Assembly (NCBI GenBank): GCA_049968315.1
Contig: JBMFRA010000007.1
Span: forward strand, 4,025-68,024
Origin: Acidobacteriota bacterium
Lineage (GTDB): Bacteria > Acidobacteriota > UBA4820 > DSQY01
Direction: 5' to 3'
Length of the DNA stretch: 64,000 nt
The notes beneath the pieces were generated by a model that was not told where the DNA came from, did not search any database, and worked only from the letters and a program-made list of their open reading frames with translations. Below are positions 48,915-58,342 of the stretch, piece after piece; position 1 is the stretch's first letter, and every line of letters starts with the position of its first letter. The position numbers and the translations under genes are program-made.

Positions 48915-49703
48915 TCAGGAGCGCCGCCGCCGCTCCAGATCCCACAGCTTGGCGTACTTGAGAAAGACCCCGTAGACCGCCAGGTAGACGGCGATGACCC
49001 CGGGGATGCCGTCCAGGAATCCTAGGCGGAAGAGGTACTGCTTGAGAAAGCGGAAGGCGGGGCGCAGGGCCACGTTGGCGAAGCCGGCGTGTTTGCCGTC
49101 GGCTAGGTCCTGCTCGGCCCCCCAGGTGGTGTACCGGTCCAGTTTGGCCAGGTACTGCTCCCAGGTGCGGAAGGTGTCGTGCAGGAGACACTCCTTGAGG
49201 CGGCCGGCGGAGCGGAAGCCTTGGATCTCCGCGTGGACGCGGCGGTCCTGGTACCGGCACTCCCGGCGGAAGAGGCGGACGACCGAGTCGGTCTGCCAGC
49301 CGCCGAAGCGCATGACGCGCCCGAAGAAGAGGTTTCGGCGCCGAACCCAGTAGGCGTCGTGGGCGGGCGGGGAGGAGAGGAGGCGCAGGACCTCCTCCCG
49401 GAGCCCGGGGGTGCACCGCTCGTCGGCGTCCATCAGAAAGACCCACGGGTGGGTGGCCCGGGGAATGGCCCAGTTCTTCTGGGCCGCCGAGTAGGCGTAT
49501 TCGTGGACCTCCACCCGCACCCCCGGCAGGGCGGAGGCGGTCTCGGCGGTGCCGTCGGTGGCGGCGGCGTCCACGACGACGTACACCTCGTCGGCCCAAG
49601 AGACCGAGGCCACCGCCTCGGCGATCTGGTGGGCCTCGTTGCCCGCGGGGATGAGGGCCGTCACCCGTTCCCGTTCCACCGCTCGTTCCCTCCCGGCGGC
49701 CAT
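48915..49703 (-). CDS. family 2 glycosyltransferase
   Basis: GT-A fold: VTALIPAGNEAHQI and FLMDADE (DxD-like), with a C-terminal amphipathic/TM region. ATG 49703 lies 1 nt after the upstream stop. Confidence 0.88.
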   Translation of the reverse strand: MAAGRERAVERERVTALIPAGNEAHQIAEAVASVSWADEVYVVVDAAATDGTAETASALPGVRVEVHEYAYSAAQKNWAIPRATHPWVFLMDADERCTPGLREEVLRLLSSPPAHDAYWVRRRNLFFGRVMRFGGWQTDSVVRLFRRECRYQDRRVHAEIQGFRSAGRLKECLLHDTFRTWEQYLAKLDRYTTWGAEQDLADGKHAGFANVALRPAFRFLKQYLFRLGFLDGIPGVIAVYLAVYGVFLKYAKLWDLERRRRS

Positions 49704-49704
49704 C

Positions 49705-50655
49705 TTACCCCACCGGCGGCCCGGCGGGGATTTCCAGGCGCCCCTGGGGCCAAAAGAGCCCATCTTCCAGGCGTTCCCCCATCCGTCCCCGGAAGCCCGG
49801 AAAGAGAACTGCCCTGCCGGCCCGGCATCCCCGGGGCACCACCGCCCCCCCCTCCACCACCAGGGGGCCCGTGACCTCCGCTCCGGGGTGGAGGAGGCCG
49901 TCGCGGTGGAGGAGGACCGGGAAGCCGCCGCACCTCACCACCTCGGCCTCCCGGCACCGGGAGGGGAGCTCCGCCCGGGAGAGGGCCGTGAGGGCCGCCC
50001 GGAGGAAGGCCCCGGGGGTGCCCAGGTCTTCCCAGGGGCCCTCGGCGGGTACGGCCAGGACCCGGCCCCGGGCGATGGCCGGGGAGAGGACCGTCTCCAC
50101 GAAGCCGGCGAAGCCCTGGGGTGGAACGGCGGCCAGCGCCCCGGGCCGGGCCGCGTAGGCCCCGGCGAAGTAATGGTCCCCCCTTCCCAGGGCCTGGACC
50201 CGCCCCCTTCCGTCCACCTTGAGCGGGGTGAAGGGGGGGCGGAGGGGCCGCACGGCGAGGGCCAGAAGGGCCTCCCCGTCGCCTTCCAGGGCGGCGGCCA
50301 GGGCTTTCAGAGGCGGGGACCCGAAGGTGTCGCCGTTGACGACGAAGAAGGGCTCCCCGCGAAGCACTGCGGCCATGGGCGGCAGCAGGCCGGCGGTGCC
50401 GCGGATGTCGGGCTCGTAGAACCACCGGAGGCGCAGGGGGCCGCCGTAGGTCCGCCCCGCCTGGAGGACCGTGGAAGGCCGGTGGTGGAGGTTCAGGCAG
50501 ACCTCTCGAACCCCCGCCCCTTCCAGGGTCTCCAGGATGTGGTGGAGCAGGGGGCGGCCCAGGAAGGGGAGGGCCGGCTTGGCCCACCGTTCGGTCAGGG
50601 GGCGGAGGCGGGTTCCCAGGCCGGCGGCGGCCACCACGGCCCTACGGATGGCCAT
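49705..50655 (-). CDS. sugar-phosphate nucleotidyltransferase (NTP_transferase family)
   Basis: N-terminal AAGLGTRLRPLT motif (GxGTRxxPxT). Confidence 0.85.
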   Translation of the reverse strand: MAIRRAVVAAAGLGTRLRPLTERWAKPALPFLGRPLLHHILETLEGAGVREVCLNLHHRPSTVLQAGRTYGGPLRLRWFYEPDIRGTAGLLPPMAAVLRGEPFFVVNGDTFGSPPLKALAAALEGDGEALLALAVRPLRPPFTPLKVDGRGRVQALGRGDHYFAGAYAARPGALAAVPPQGFAGFVETVLSPAIARGRVLAVPAEGPWEDLGTPGAFLRAALTALSRAELPSRCREAEVVRCGGFPVLLHRDGLLHPGAEVTGPLVVEGGAVVPRGCRAGRAVLFPGFRGRMGERLEDGLFWPQGRLEIPAGPPVG

Positions 50656-51205
50656 GGCCTTCGGGGAAGACGATGTCGCCGAAGGGGAGGCCCCGCTGCC
50701 GGCAGTACTCGCCGTAGAGGTCGGCGTAGGAGCGCCGGATGAAGGCGGCGGCGTTCAGGCCCAACTCCGCCGCCATGGCTTCGATGGCCTCCCCCGGCCC
50801 CTCCAGCTCCAGGAAGGAACCGAAGGGCAGGAGGTCCAGGCAGAGGAGCCCGCCCGACGGAGCCCGCATCTCCTCGCGGTACTTCTCGTAGCGGAAGAAG
50901 GGCCTCAGGCCGATGCCCGCCAGGATCTCCCGCAGGGCGGCGCCGTCCTCGCACCGCGTCTCCTTCTCCGGCCGGATCTTGAAGCGGTCGTGGTGGACCA
51001 GGCGGCCCTTGAAGGTCAGGAGGGAGCCCTCGGGGGTCTCCCGGACCCGGAGGAGGCACCCCTGGACCGAGAGGGGCCGCCCGGGGAAGTCGAAGAGGGT
51101 GTTGGCCTCGAAGTGGCGGGGGCGGACGACCTCGTACCCCAGCGCTCGGGCCTTCTCCTCGAAGGGCTCCAGCGCCTCCACGGCGATCTTCACTTCGATT
51201 TCCAT
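50642..51205 (-). CDS. CYTH domain protein (triphosphate tunnel metalloenzyme / class IV adenylate cyclase family)
   Basis: N-terminal EIEVK (ExExK) signature and a beta-barrel pattern. 187 aa. Confidence 0.8.
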   Translation of the reverse strand: MEIEVKIAVEALEPFEEKARALGYEVVRPRHFEANTLFDFPGRPLSVQGCLLRVRETPEGSLLTFKGRLVHHDRFKIRPEKETRCEDGAALREILAGIGLRPFFRYEKYREEMRAPSGGLLCLDLLPFGSFLELEGPGEAIEAMAAELGLNAAAFIRRSYADLYGEYCRQRGLPFGDIVFPEGHGHP

Positions 51206-51813
51206 CGAACCCGTCCTCCCGAACTCTCCGAAAGGGCCCGGAGAAAGCCCTCGAACCGTTCCCATTGGGAGCGGGGCACGGCCACCGCCGCCGTGATCCC
51301 CTCCCCGAAGCGGAGGTCCCCCAGCAAGGCCCCCGCCCGCTCCGCCTCCCGCCGCAGGAGCCCCTCCAGGGGGTAGGGCACCTCCACCTCCGCTTCCACC
51401 CGGAGGATCCGGGGAGCGAACTCCGTCCCCCGGATGGCGGCCTCCGCCGCCGCCCGAAAGGCCCGGGAGAGACCGCCGGTTCCCAACTTCACCCCCCCGA
51501 AGTACCGGACCACCGCCAGGCAGGCGTCCGAGACCCCCGCCGCCTCCAGGGCCCTCGAGATGGGCGCCCCCGCCGTTCCCGAGGGCTCCCCGTCGTCGCT
51601 GCACCGGGCCTTTAGTCCCTCCCCCCAGCCGATCCGAAAGGCCCAGGGGACGTGGCGGGCGTCGTGAAACTCCCGGCGGAGGGAAGCGATGAAAGCCGAA
51701 GCCTCCTCCGCCTCCCCGGTGGCCTTCAGGAAGGCGAGGAAGCGGGACCCCTTCTCCCTCACCTCCCCCCGGCCCAAGGCCCGGGGGACGAGGTAGGCGT
51801 CGGGGTCATCCAT
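51190..51813 (-). CDS. YigZ / IMPACT family protein
   Basis: KGSRF, HVPWAFR, DDGEPSGTAG and VVRYFGGVKLGTGGL motifs. Confidence 0.88.
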   Translation of the reverse strand: MDDPDAYLVPRALGRGEVREKGSRFLAFLKATGEAEEASAFIASLRREFHDARHVPWAFRIGWGEGLKARCSDDGEPSGTAGAPISRALEAAGVSDACLAVVRYFGGVKLGTGGLSRAFRAAAEAAIRGTEFAPRILRVEAEVEVPYPLEGLLRREAERAGALLGDLRFGEGITAAVAVPRSQWERFEGFLRALSESSGGRVRWKSK

Positions 51814-52153
51814 GGGCCTTGGCGAGGGCCTCCGAGGCGTCCTTGCAGATCACGAAGAGGGCGGGGAGGCCCAGGAGGTCGAAGACCTTGTAGATCTTCG
51901 GCGACATGCCCGCAAGGAGGATGTCTCCACCACGGTCCCTGAGCGGTTGGATCTGGGAGAGGACCACCTCGATGCCGGAGGAGCCGATGTACACCAACTC
52001 GGAGAAGTCCACGACGAAGCGGGTGTGCCCCTCGGCGGCGAACTTCGCCAAGGCCTCCCGGAAGAGGCCGTGGTTGTGGGCGTCCAGGAAGCCCTTCAGC
52101 CGGAGGAGGATCACCTCCCCGTGCTTCTCGGCGTTCACCTGGAGGTTGGTCAT
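51806..52153 (-). CDS. STAS domain protein (anti-sigma factor antagonist family)
   Basis: 115 aa with the SpoIIAA-like pattern VILLRLKGFLD...FVVDFSELVYIGSSGIEVVL. Confidence 0.85.
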   Translation of the reverse strand: MTNLQVNAEKHGEVILLRLKGFLDAHNHGLFREALAKFAAEGHTRFVVDFSELVYIGSSGIEVVLSQIQPLRDRGGDILLAGMSPKIYKVFDLLGLPALFVICKDASEALAKAHG

Positions 52154-52173
52154 GGTCCGCCTCCCTCCCCATC

Positions 52174-53202
52174 CTACCACACCCCGCCGCGTCCGCGGGA
52201 GGCGGCGAAGGCCTGGGCTTGGACCGCCGTCACCGCCGCCACGTGGGCGATGTCGGAGGCGGTGCAGCCCCGGCTCAGGTCGTTGGCCGCCGCCGCCAGC
52301 CCCTGGAGGAGCGGCCCCAGGGCCGTGGCGCCCGCCAGGCGCTCGGTGAGCTTGTAGGCGATGTTCCCGGCGTCGAGGTTGGGGAAGACGAGGACGTTGG
52401 CCTGGCCGGCCACGGGGCTCCCCGGTGACTTGGAGGCCCCCACCGCCGGCACGAGGGCGGCGTCGGCCTGGAGCTCGCCGTCGGCCTTGATGGCGGGGGC
52501 CTTGGCCCGGAAGGCCTCCAGGGCCCGCCGGACCTTGCGGACGGCTTCGTGCTCCGCGGAGCCTTTGGTGGAGAAGGAGAGGAAGGCCACCTTCGGCTCC
52601 CGCCCCACGAGGAGCTCGAAGGAGCGGGCCGAGGAGAGGGCGATGTCGGCCAGTTGCGCGGCGTCGGGGTAGGGCACCAGGCCGCAGTCGGCGTAGACGA
52701 AGACCCCCTCTTCCCCGTATTCCCTCCGGGGTGTCACCATCAGGAAAAAGGACGAGACGGTCCGGATGCCCGGCGCCGGCCCGAAGCACCTGAGGTAGGC
52801 CCGCACGGTGTCGGCGGTGGTGTGGGTGGCGCCCGCCACCACCCCGTCGGCCCGGCCCAGGGCCACCAGGAGGCAGCCGGCGTAGAGGGGGGTCTGGGCC
52901 AGCCTCCGGGCCTCCTCCTCCGAGACCCCCCGGCTCCGGTTCCGCTCCAGGTAGACCCTCGCCGCCTCCGGTGCGAAGCGGGGTTCCGAGGGGTCGAAGA
53001 GCTCCACCCCGGAAAGGGAAAGGCCCGCCCTCCCCGCCGCCGCCTCCACCGCCTCCCGGCGGCCCACCAGGATCACCCGGGCGGTTCCGGCGCTCCCCAG
53101 GGTCTCGGCGGCTTCCAGGGTCCTTCGGTCCTCCGCCTCCGGCAGCACGATGCGCTGCGGTCTCTTCGCCGCCCGCGCCCGAATTTCCGCGAGAAGGTCC
53201 AT
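52174..53202 (-). CDS. pta: phosphate acetyltransferase
   Basis: 342-aa PTA_PTB domain ([40 protein letters not shown]). ATG 53202 follows SD GGAGGAG. Confidence 0.93.
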   Translation of the reverse strand: MDLLAEIRARAAKRPQRIVLPEAEDRRTLEAAETLGSAGTARVILVGRREAVEAAAGRAGLSLSGVELFDPSEPRFAPEAARVYLERNRSRGVSEEEARRLAQTPLYAGCLLVALGRADGVVAGATHTTADTVRAYLRCFGPAPGIRTVSSFFLMVTPRREYGEEGVFVYADCGLVPYPDAAQLADIALSSARSFELLVGREPKVAFLSFSTKGSAEHEAVRKVRRALEAFRAKAPAIKADGELQADAALVPAVGASKSPGSPVAGQANVLVFPNLDAGNIAYKLTERLAGATALGPLLQGLAAAANDLSRGCTASDIAHVAAVTAVQAQAFAASRGRGGVW

Positions 53203-53324
53203 GGCTCCTCCCCCTCCCCCCCAGCCTACCAGCCCAGGCGGGGGACGGGGAAGGGGCGAAGGGGGCGGCGGGCTTTTCATGGGGGCCAACATAAGGTATT
53301 CTAAGGGCTTACAAGGAGCCCCGG

Positions 53325-54797
53325 ATGCTGGAAGAGACGCCTGCCCTCGCCCTGACCTTCGACGACGTGACGCTGGTGCCCGCGCACTCGACGGTCCACC
53401 CCCAGCAGGTGGACACGGGAACGTGGCTGACTCCCCAGATCCGCCTCCACATCCCCCTGGTCTCCGCCGCCATGGACACGGTGACGGAGGCGACCCTGGC
53501 CATCGCCATCGCCCGCCAGGGCGGCATCGGAATCATCCACAAGAACATGCCCCTGGAGCGGCAGGTGGAGGAGGTGGACCGGGTGAAGCGGTCGGAGGCG
53601 GGGATGATCACCAACCCCATCACCATCGGCCCCGATCAACCGGTCTCCGACGCCCTGGACCTCATGCAGAAGTACCGGATCTCCGGGGTCCCCGTGACGA
53701 CCCCCGAGGGCCGCCTGCTGGGCATCCTCACCAACCGGGACCTCCGCTTCGAGGACCGCACCGACCTGCCGGTCTCCGAGCTCATGACCAAGGAGAACCT
53801 GAAGACCGTCCCCGTGGGGACGACCTTGGAGGAGGCCCGGCGGCTCCTCCAGCGGTACAAGATCGAGAAGCTCCTGGTGGTGGACGACCGGTACCACCTC
53901 AAGGGCCTCATCACCGTCAAGGACATCCAGAAGAAGATCAAGTTCCCCAACGCCTGCAAGGACGAGATGGGGAGGCTTCGGGTGGGGGCCGCCCTGGGGG
54001 TGGGACCCGACGTGGTGGACCGGGCCCGGGCCCTCCTGGAGGTGCACGTGGACGTTCTGGTCCTGGACTCCTCCCACGGCCACGCGCAGGCGGTGCTGGA
54101 CGCCGCCGCCGCCTTGAAGGAGGCCCTCCCCGAGGCCCAGCTCATCGTGGGGAACGTCGCCACCGCCGAGGGGACGAGGGCCCTCGTCGAGCGGGGCGCC
54201 GACGCGGTGAAGGTGGGCATCGGCCCCGGGTCCATCTGCACCACCCGCATCGTGACCGGGGCCGGTGTCCCCCAGGTGACGGCCATTGCCCGCTGCGCCG
54301 AAGAGGCCGCCCGGAAAGGGATCCCCGTCATTGCCGACGGCGGCATCCGCTTTTCCGGGGAGATCGTCAAGGCCCTGGCGGCGGGCGCCCACTCGGTGAT
54401 GATCGGCAGCCTCTTCGCCGGGACCGAAGAGGCTCCCGGGGAGACGATCCTCTACCAGGGCCGGACCTTCAAGGCCTACCGCGGCATGGGCTCCCTCTCG
54501 GCCATGAAGGCCGGATCGGCGGACCGGTACTTCCAGGAGGGCCAGGCGCCCCTCTCCAAGCTCGTTCCCGAGGGGATCGAGGGGATGGTCCCCTTCAAGG
54601 GGACGTTGGAATTCGTCGTCACCCAGCTGGTGGGGGGGCTCCGGTCGGGCATGGGCCTCACCGGGTGCGCCACCATCGAGGAGCTGCGCACCAAGGCCCG
54701 CTTCCTGCGCGTCACCGTGGCGGGGCTCAAGGAGAGCCACGCCCACGACGTCGTCATCACCAAGGAAGCCCCCAACTACATGAAAGACGAGTACTGA
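53325..54797 (+). CDS. guaB: IMP dehydrogenase
   Basis: TIM barrel with a CBS pair insertion, catalytic loop [11 protein letters not shown], and GSLFAGTEE. Confidence 0.97.
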   Translation: MLEETPALALTFDDVTLVPAHSTVHPQQVDTGTWLTPQIRLHIPLVSAAMDTVTEATLAIAIARQGGIGIIHKNMPLERQVEEVDRVKRSEAGMITNPITIGPDQPVSDALDLMQKYRISGVPVTTPEGRLLGILTNRDLRFEDRTDLPVSELMTKENLKTVPVGTTLEEARRLLQRYKIEKLLVVDDRYHLKGLITVKDIQKKIKFPNACKDEMGRLRVGAALGVGPDVVDRARALLEVHVDVLVLDSSHGHAQAVLDAAAALKEALPEAQLIVGNVATAEGTRALVERGADAVKVGIGPGSICTTRIVTGAGVPQVTAIARCAEEAARKGIPVIADGGIRFSGEIVKALAAGAHSVMIGSLFAGTEEAPGETILYQGRTFKAYRGMGSLSAMKAGSADRYFQEGQAPLSKLVPEGIEGMVPFKGTLEFVVTQLVGGLRSGMGLTGCATIEELRTKARFLRVTVAGLKESHAHDVVITKEAPNYMKDEY

Positions 54798-54805
54798 GGC
54801 CCGCC

Positions 54806-55901
54806 ATGATCCTCGAAGAACACAAGCAGGAATTTCGAAGCCTCCGGGAAAAGGCCATCGACCTTCGGGGTTGTCTTTGACGAAGCCTCGGTGAGGAACC
54901 GGCTGGAGGAGGTCCACCGGATCACCGCGGCGCCGGGCTTCTGGGACGACCCGGCCAGGGCTGCCGCCATCCTGAAGGACCAGCGGACCCTGGAGGCCCG
55001 GGTGAAGGACATCGAGCGCCTGGACCGCCTGGTGGGGGACCTGGACACCCTCCTGGAGTTCGAGGCCGCTGGGGAGGAGGCGGGGGAGGAGTTCGCCGCC
55101 ACCCTCGGCGAACTGCGGGGCTTCCTCGGGGAGCTGGAGGTCCGGGCCCTCCTGTCGGGGCCGCTGGATCCCAACAACGCCATCGTCACCATCCACCCCG
55201 GCGCCGGGGGAACGGAGAGCCAGGACTGGGCCCTCATGCTGCACCGGATGTACGTCCGTTGGGCGGAGCGCCACGGCTACGAGGTGGAGCTGTGGGATTG
55301 GCAGGACGGCGACACGGCGGGCATCAAAGCCTCCACCTTCCTGGTGAAGGGAGATTACGCCTACGGCTACCTCAAGACCGAGAGCGGCGTCCACCGCCTG
55401 GTGAGGATCTCGCCCTTCGACGCGGCGGCGAGGCGCCACACCTCCTTCACCTCCGTCTTCGTCTCGCCGGAGGTGAACGAGGAGATCGAGATCGAGATCG
55501 CCGACAAGGACGTGCGGGTGGACATCTTCCGCGCCGGGGGCCACGGGGGGCAGAACGTCAACAAAGTCTCCACCGCCGTGCGGATCACCCACTTCCCCAC
55601 CGGCATCGTGGTGACCTGCCAGAACGAACGGAGCCAGCTCCAGAACCGGGAGACGGCCTGGAAGATTCTCCGCTCCCGGCTCTACCAGCTGGAGCTGGAG
55701 AAGCGGAACAAGGAGCGCCAGGCGGTGGAGGACGCCAAGAAGGAGATCGCCTGGGGCAGCCAGATCCGCTCCTACGTCCTCCAGCCCTACCGGCTGGTGA
55801 AGGACCACCGGACGGGGACGGAGGTGGGCAACGCCGACGCCGTCCTGGACGGTGACCTGGACCCCTTCATCCAGGCGGCCTTGAAGGCCCGGATCCTGTG
55901 A
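54806..55901 (+). CDS. prfB: peptide chain release factor 2, requires a programmed +1 frameshift at 54875-54881
   Basis: Frame 0 (ATG 54806) encodes 24 codons ending CTT TGA. The +1 frame continues DEASVRNRLEEV... through SPF (RISPFD) and GGQ (GHGGQNVNK). Confidence 0.93.
54866..54881 (+). promoter_or_regulatory. prfB +1 frameshift site (internal SD-like element plus CTT TGA C)
   Basis: CGGGGT-TGT-CTT-TGA-C aligns position for position with the E. coli AGGGGG-TAT-CTT-TGA-C recoding site. Confidence 0.85.
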
Positions 55902-56458
55902 AGAGGCCGCCGGGAGGCGGCAGGGAGGGCTGGATGGAGCAGAGCGCCCTCGAACCCACCCGCAGGTCCCGATACCTCGGCTACTACTTCGCCTTCAAAG
56001 GGGGGGAGTGGTTCCTGGGAGGGCTCCTCCTCTTCCTGGCGGCGGTGGAGACGGGCCCCCACGGCGAGATGACCGCCCCCCGGCTCCTGGCCGCCTTCCT
56101 CGCCCTCTTCGCCGCGCCGGCGGTGCTCCTGGCCACCCTGGGCCTCCTGGTCCGCATGCGCCACCCCGCCGGGTGGTACCTGGGGGTGGTCTACACCGGT
56201 CTGGTGGTGGTCTCCAAGACCGCCCTGGGCATCGGGGAGGGGCCCCTGAGGCTCTGGTACCGCGTGGCGGAGGCCCTGCCCCCCGCCCACGTCTTCGGCC
56301 TGCGGGCCTTTGGTCTCTTCACCGCGGTGGTTCTGGCGGTGGACTTCTCCGCCCTCCTCGCCCTCCTCTCCGCCAGGGGGAGGGACTGCTTCCGCATCGG
56401 GTGGAAAAAGGGCACCCCTCCTAGAGGGCGCTGGCCCGAAGGCGGCGAGGAGGCCTGA
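55898..56458 (+). CDS. hypothetical integral membrane protein
   Basis: 186 aa with four hydrophobic helices and G/C third-position bias. The GTG start overlaps the prfB stop (GTGA). No family recognised. Confidence 0.6.
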   Translation: MKRPPGGGREGWMEQSALEPTRRSRYLGYYFAFKGGEWFLGGLLLFLAAVETGPHGEMTAPRLLAAFLALFAAPAVLLATLGLLVRMRHPAGWYLGVVYTGLVVVSKTALGIGEGPLRLWYRVAEALPPAHVFGLRAFGLFTAVVLAVDFSALLALLSARGRDCFRIGWKKGTPPRGRWPEGGEEA

Positions 56459-56480
56459 CCGCCCCCTCGTCCCCGGCGCC

Positions 56481-57416
56481 TCAGCTCTCCCAGGCCGCTA
56501 GGATGCGCCCGCGCCCGGCCTCCTTGGCCCGGTAGAGGGCGGCGTCGGCGGCGCGGATGAGGTCGTCCACGGTGATGATGGTGGGGGTGAGGGAGGCCAC
56601 GCCGCCGCTGAGGGTCACGGTGAGCCCCCCCGTCTCGCCGGGGGGCAGGTCCCTCACGGCCTCCCCCAGGCGGCGGGAGATGGAAAGGGCCTTGTCGGCG
56701 GCGGTCTGGGGGAAGAGGACGGTGAACTCGTCCCCTCCGTACCGGGCGAACTTGTCGTACTTCCGGAGGTGGCTCTTCACCGCCTGGCAGACGGCCACCA
56801 GGACCCGATCCCCCAGCTCGTGGCCCCCGGTGTCGTTGATCTGCTTGAAACGGTCCACGTCGAAGAGGAGGAGGGAGAGTTGGAGGTCCATCCGCCGGCT
56901 CCGCTCCAGCTCCTCCAGGGTGAGCTCTAAGAAATGGCGCCGGTTGTGGATTCTTGTGAGGCCGTCGGTGGTGGACAGCTCCAGGAGCAGCTCGTTTTTC
57001 TGCTTTAGCTCGTCCTCTAGAAGCTTCCGCTTGAGGTGGGCGGCGGTGCGGGCCAGGAGCTCCCCCGGGTGGAAGGGCTTGACGATGTAGTCCTGCGCCC
57101 CGGCGGAGAGGAGGCGCACCTTCTGGTCCACCTCCGTCACGGCCGTCAGGATGAGGACGGGAATGTCTTCCAGATCGGGCTGGGAGGCCCGCATCTGGAG
57201 GAACCGAAAACCGTCCATGAGCGGCATGACGAGGTCGCAGAGGACCAGGTCCACCTCTTTCTGGTGGTCGGTGAGGAGGCGCATCCCCTCCAGGCCGTCC
57301 CCGGCTTCCAGAAAGGTGGCTCCCGGGTTCTGGGAGCGGAGGGTTTCCCGAATCTCCGCCCGCAGGGCCGGCGAATCGTCCACGATGAGGATGCAGGGAC
57401 TCCCACCGGCGTTCAC
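56481..57416 (-). CDS. response regulator receiver domain fused to a diguanylate cyclase (PleD/WspR-like)
   Basis: REC domain (ILIVDDS, DLVLCDLVMP, KPF), a coiled-coil linker, and GGDEF with I-site RKYD-KFARY-GGDEF. The GTG start overlaps the nagZ stop. Confidence 0.92.
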   Translation of the reverse strand: MNAGGSPCILIVDDSPALRAEIRETLRSQNPGATFLEAGDGLEGMRLLTDHQKEVDLVLCDLVMPLMDGFRFLQMRASQPDLEDIPVLILTAVTEVDQKVRLLSAGAQDYIVKPFHPGELLARTAAHLKRKLLEDELKQKNELLLELSTTDGLTRIHNRRHFLELTLEELERSRRMDLQLSLLLFDVDRFKQINDTGGHELGDRVLVAVCQAVKSHLRKYDKFARYGGDEFTVLFPQTAADKALSISRRLGEAVRDLPPGETGGLTVTLSGGVASLTPTIITVDDLIRAADAALYRAKEAGRGRILAAWES

Positions 57417-58342
57417 CGGATCCTCCCTCCCCGAAGGTTACGAAGCCGCTCCACCGCCTCCCGCCAGGGGAGGGAATCCCGCAGCCTTTCGGCGGTCCTC
57501 CGAATTTCCTCTTCCGGCGCCACGGCGATGGCGGCGTCGGCCCCAGCGGCCAGCGCGGCTTCGATCTTGGCTTCCAGGGTTCCCCACTCCTTCAGCGCGC
57601 CCATGGAGAGGTCGTCGGTGATGCGAATCCCTTGGAAGCCGAGGCTCCGGAGGGCGGAGTATACCACAGGATTCAAGGAAGTGGGGCGTTCCCCGCCGAA
57701 GGCCTCCACGGCGGCGTGGGCCACCATCACCGCCATCGCCTTTCCCCCGAGGCGCCGGTAGGGAAGGAGGTGGGCCTCCCGCTCCGCCGCGGATCCTTCG
57801 ATGCGGGGCAGTTCGCGGTGGCTGTCCACCCGGGAGCCACCGAGGCCGGGAAAGTGCTTGAGGCAGCCCCAGAGGGAGGCCCGCTGGAGGCCGTCCAGAA
57901 AGGCCCCGGCGCAGGCGGTCACCGTTTCGGGGTCTTCGCCGAAGAGGCGCCCTTCCAGGCCCGTCCCCGGCAGGGCCGGCCCCAAGTCCACCACCGGGGC
58001 AAAGTCGCCGGAGAAGCCCAGGTCTCTCAAATGTTCGCCCATTTCAAAGGCCAGGGCCTCCGCCCGAAGGGGGTCCCCTCCCAGGTCCTGGGCGCCGGGG
58101 TAACGGGCCCCCAGGGCCGCGAGGCGGTTCACGGGCCCCCCCTCCTGGTCGAGGATCCGCTCGGGAGGGGATCCGGGAAGGGCTTCCCGCACGCAGGCGC
58201 AGAGCTCCCGAACCTGGGAAGGGGAGAGCAGGTGGCGGGCGAAGAGGAGCACGCCCATGGGCCGGACCTCGCGGAGAAAGGCCTCCACCGCGGGGCCCGG
58301 AGCGGCGCCGTCCAGGGTGACGACGAGGGGGGAGGCGGTCAC
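57413..58342 (-). CDS. nagZ: beta-N-acetylhexosaminidase (GH3, NagZ-like)
   Basis: DQEGGPVNRL, KHFPGLGGSRVDSH and ITDDLSMGA. GTG 58342 overlaps the upstream stop (GTGA). Confidence 0.9.
   Translation of the reverse strand: MTASPLVVTLDGAAPGPAVEAFLREVRPMGVLLFARHLLSPSQVRELCACVREALPGSPPERILDQEGGPVNRLAALGARYPGAQDLGGDPLRAEALAFEMGEHLRDLGFSGDFAPVVDLGPALPGTGLEGRLFGEDPETVTACAGAFLDGLQRASLWGCLKHFPGLGGSRVDSHRELPRIEGSAAEREAHLLPYRRLGGKAMAVMVAHAAVEAFGGERPTSLNPVVYSALRSLGFQGIRITDDLSMGALKEWGTLEAKIEAALAAGADAAIAVAPEEEIRRTAERLRDSLPWREAVERLRNLRGGRIR

Noticed and set aside
53203-53324. Sigma-70 promoter for guaB (TTCATG ... TATTCT)
   Set aside because: The spacer is 15 nt and both hexamers are poor; not supportable without TSS data.
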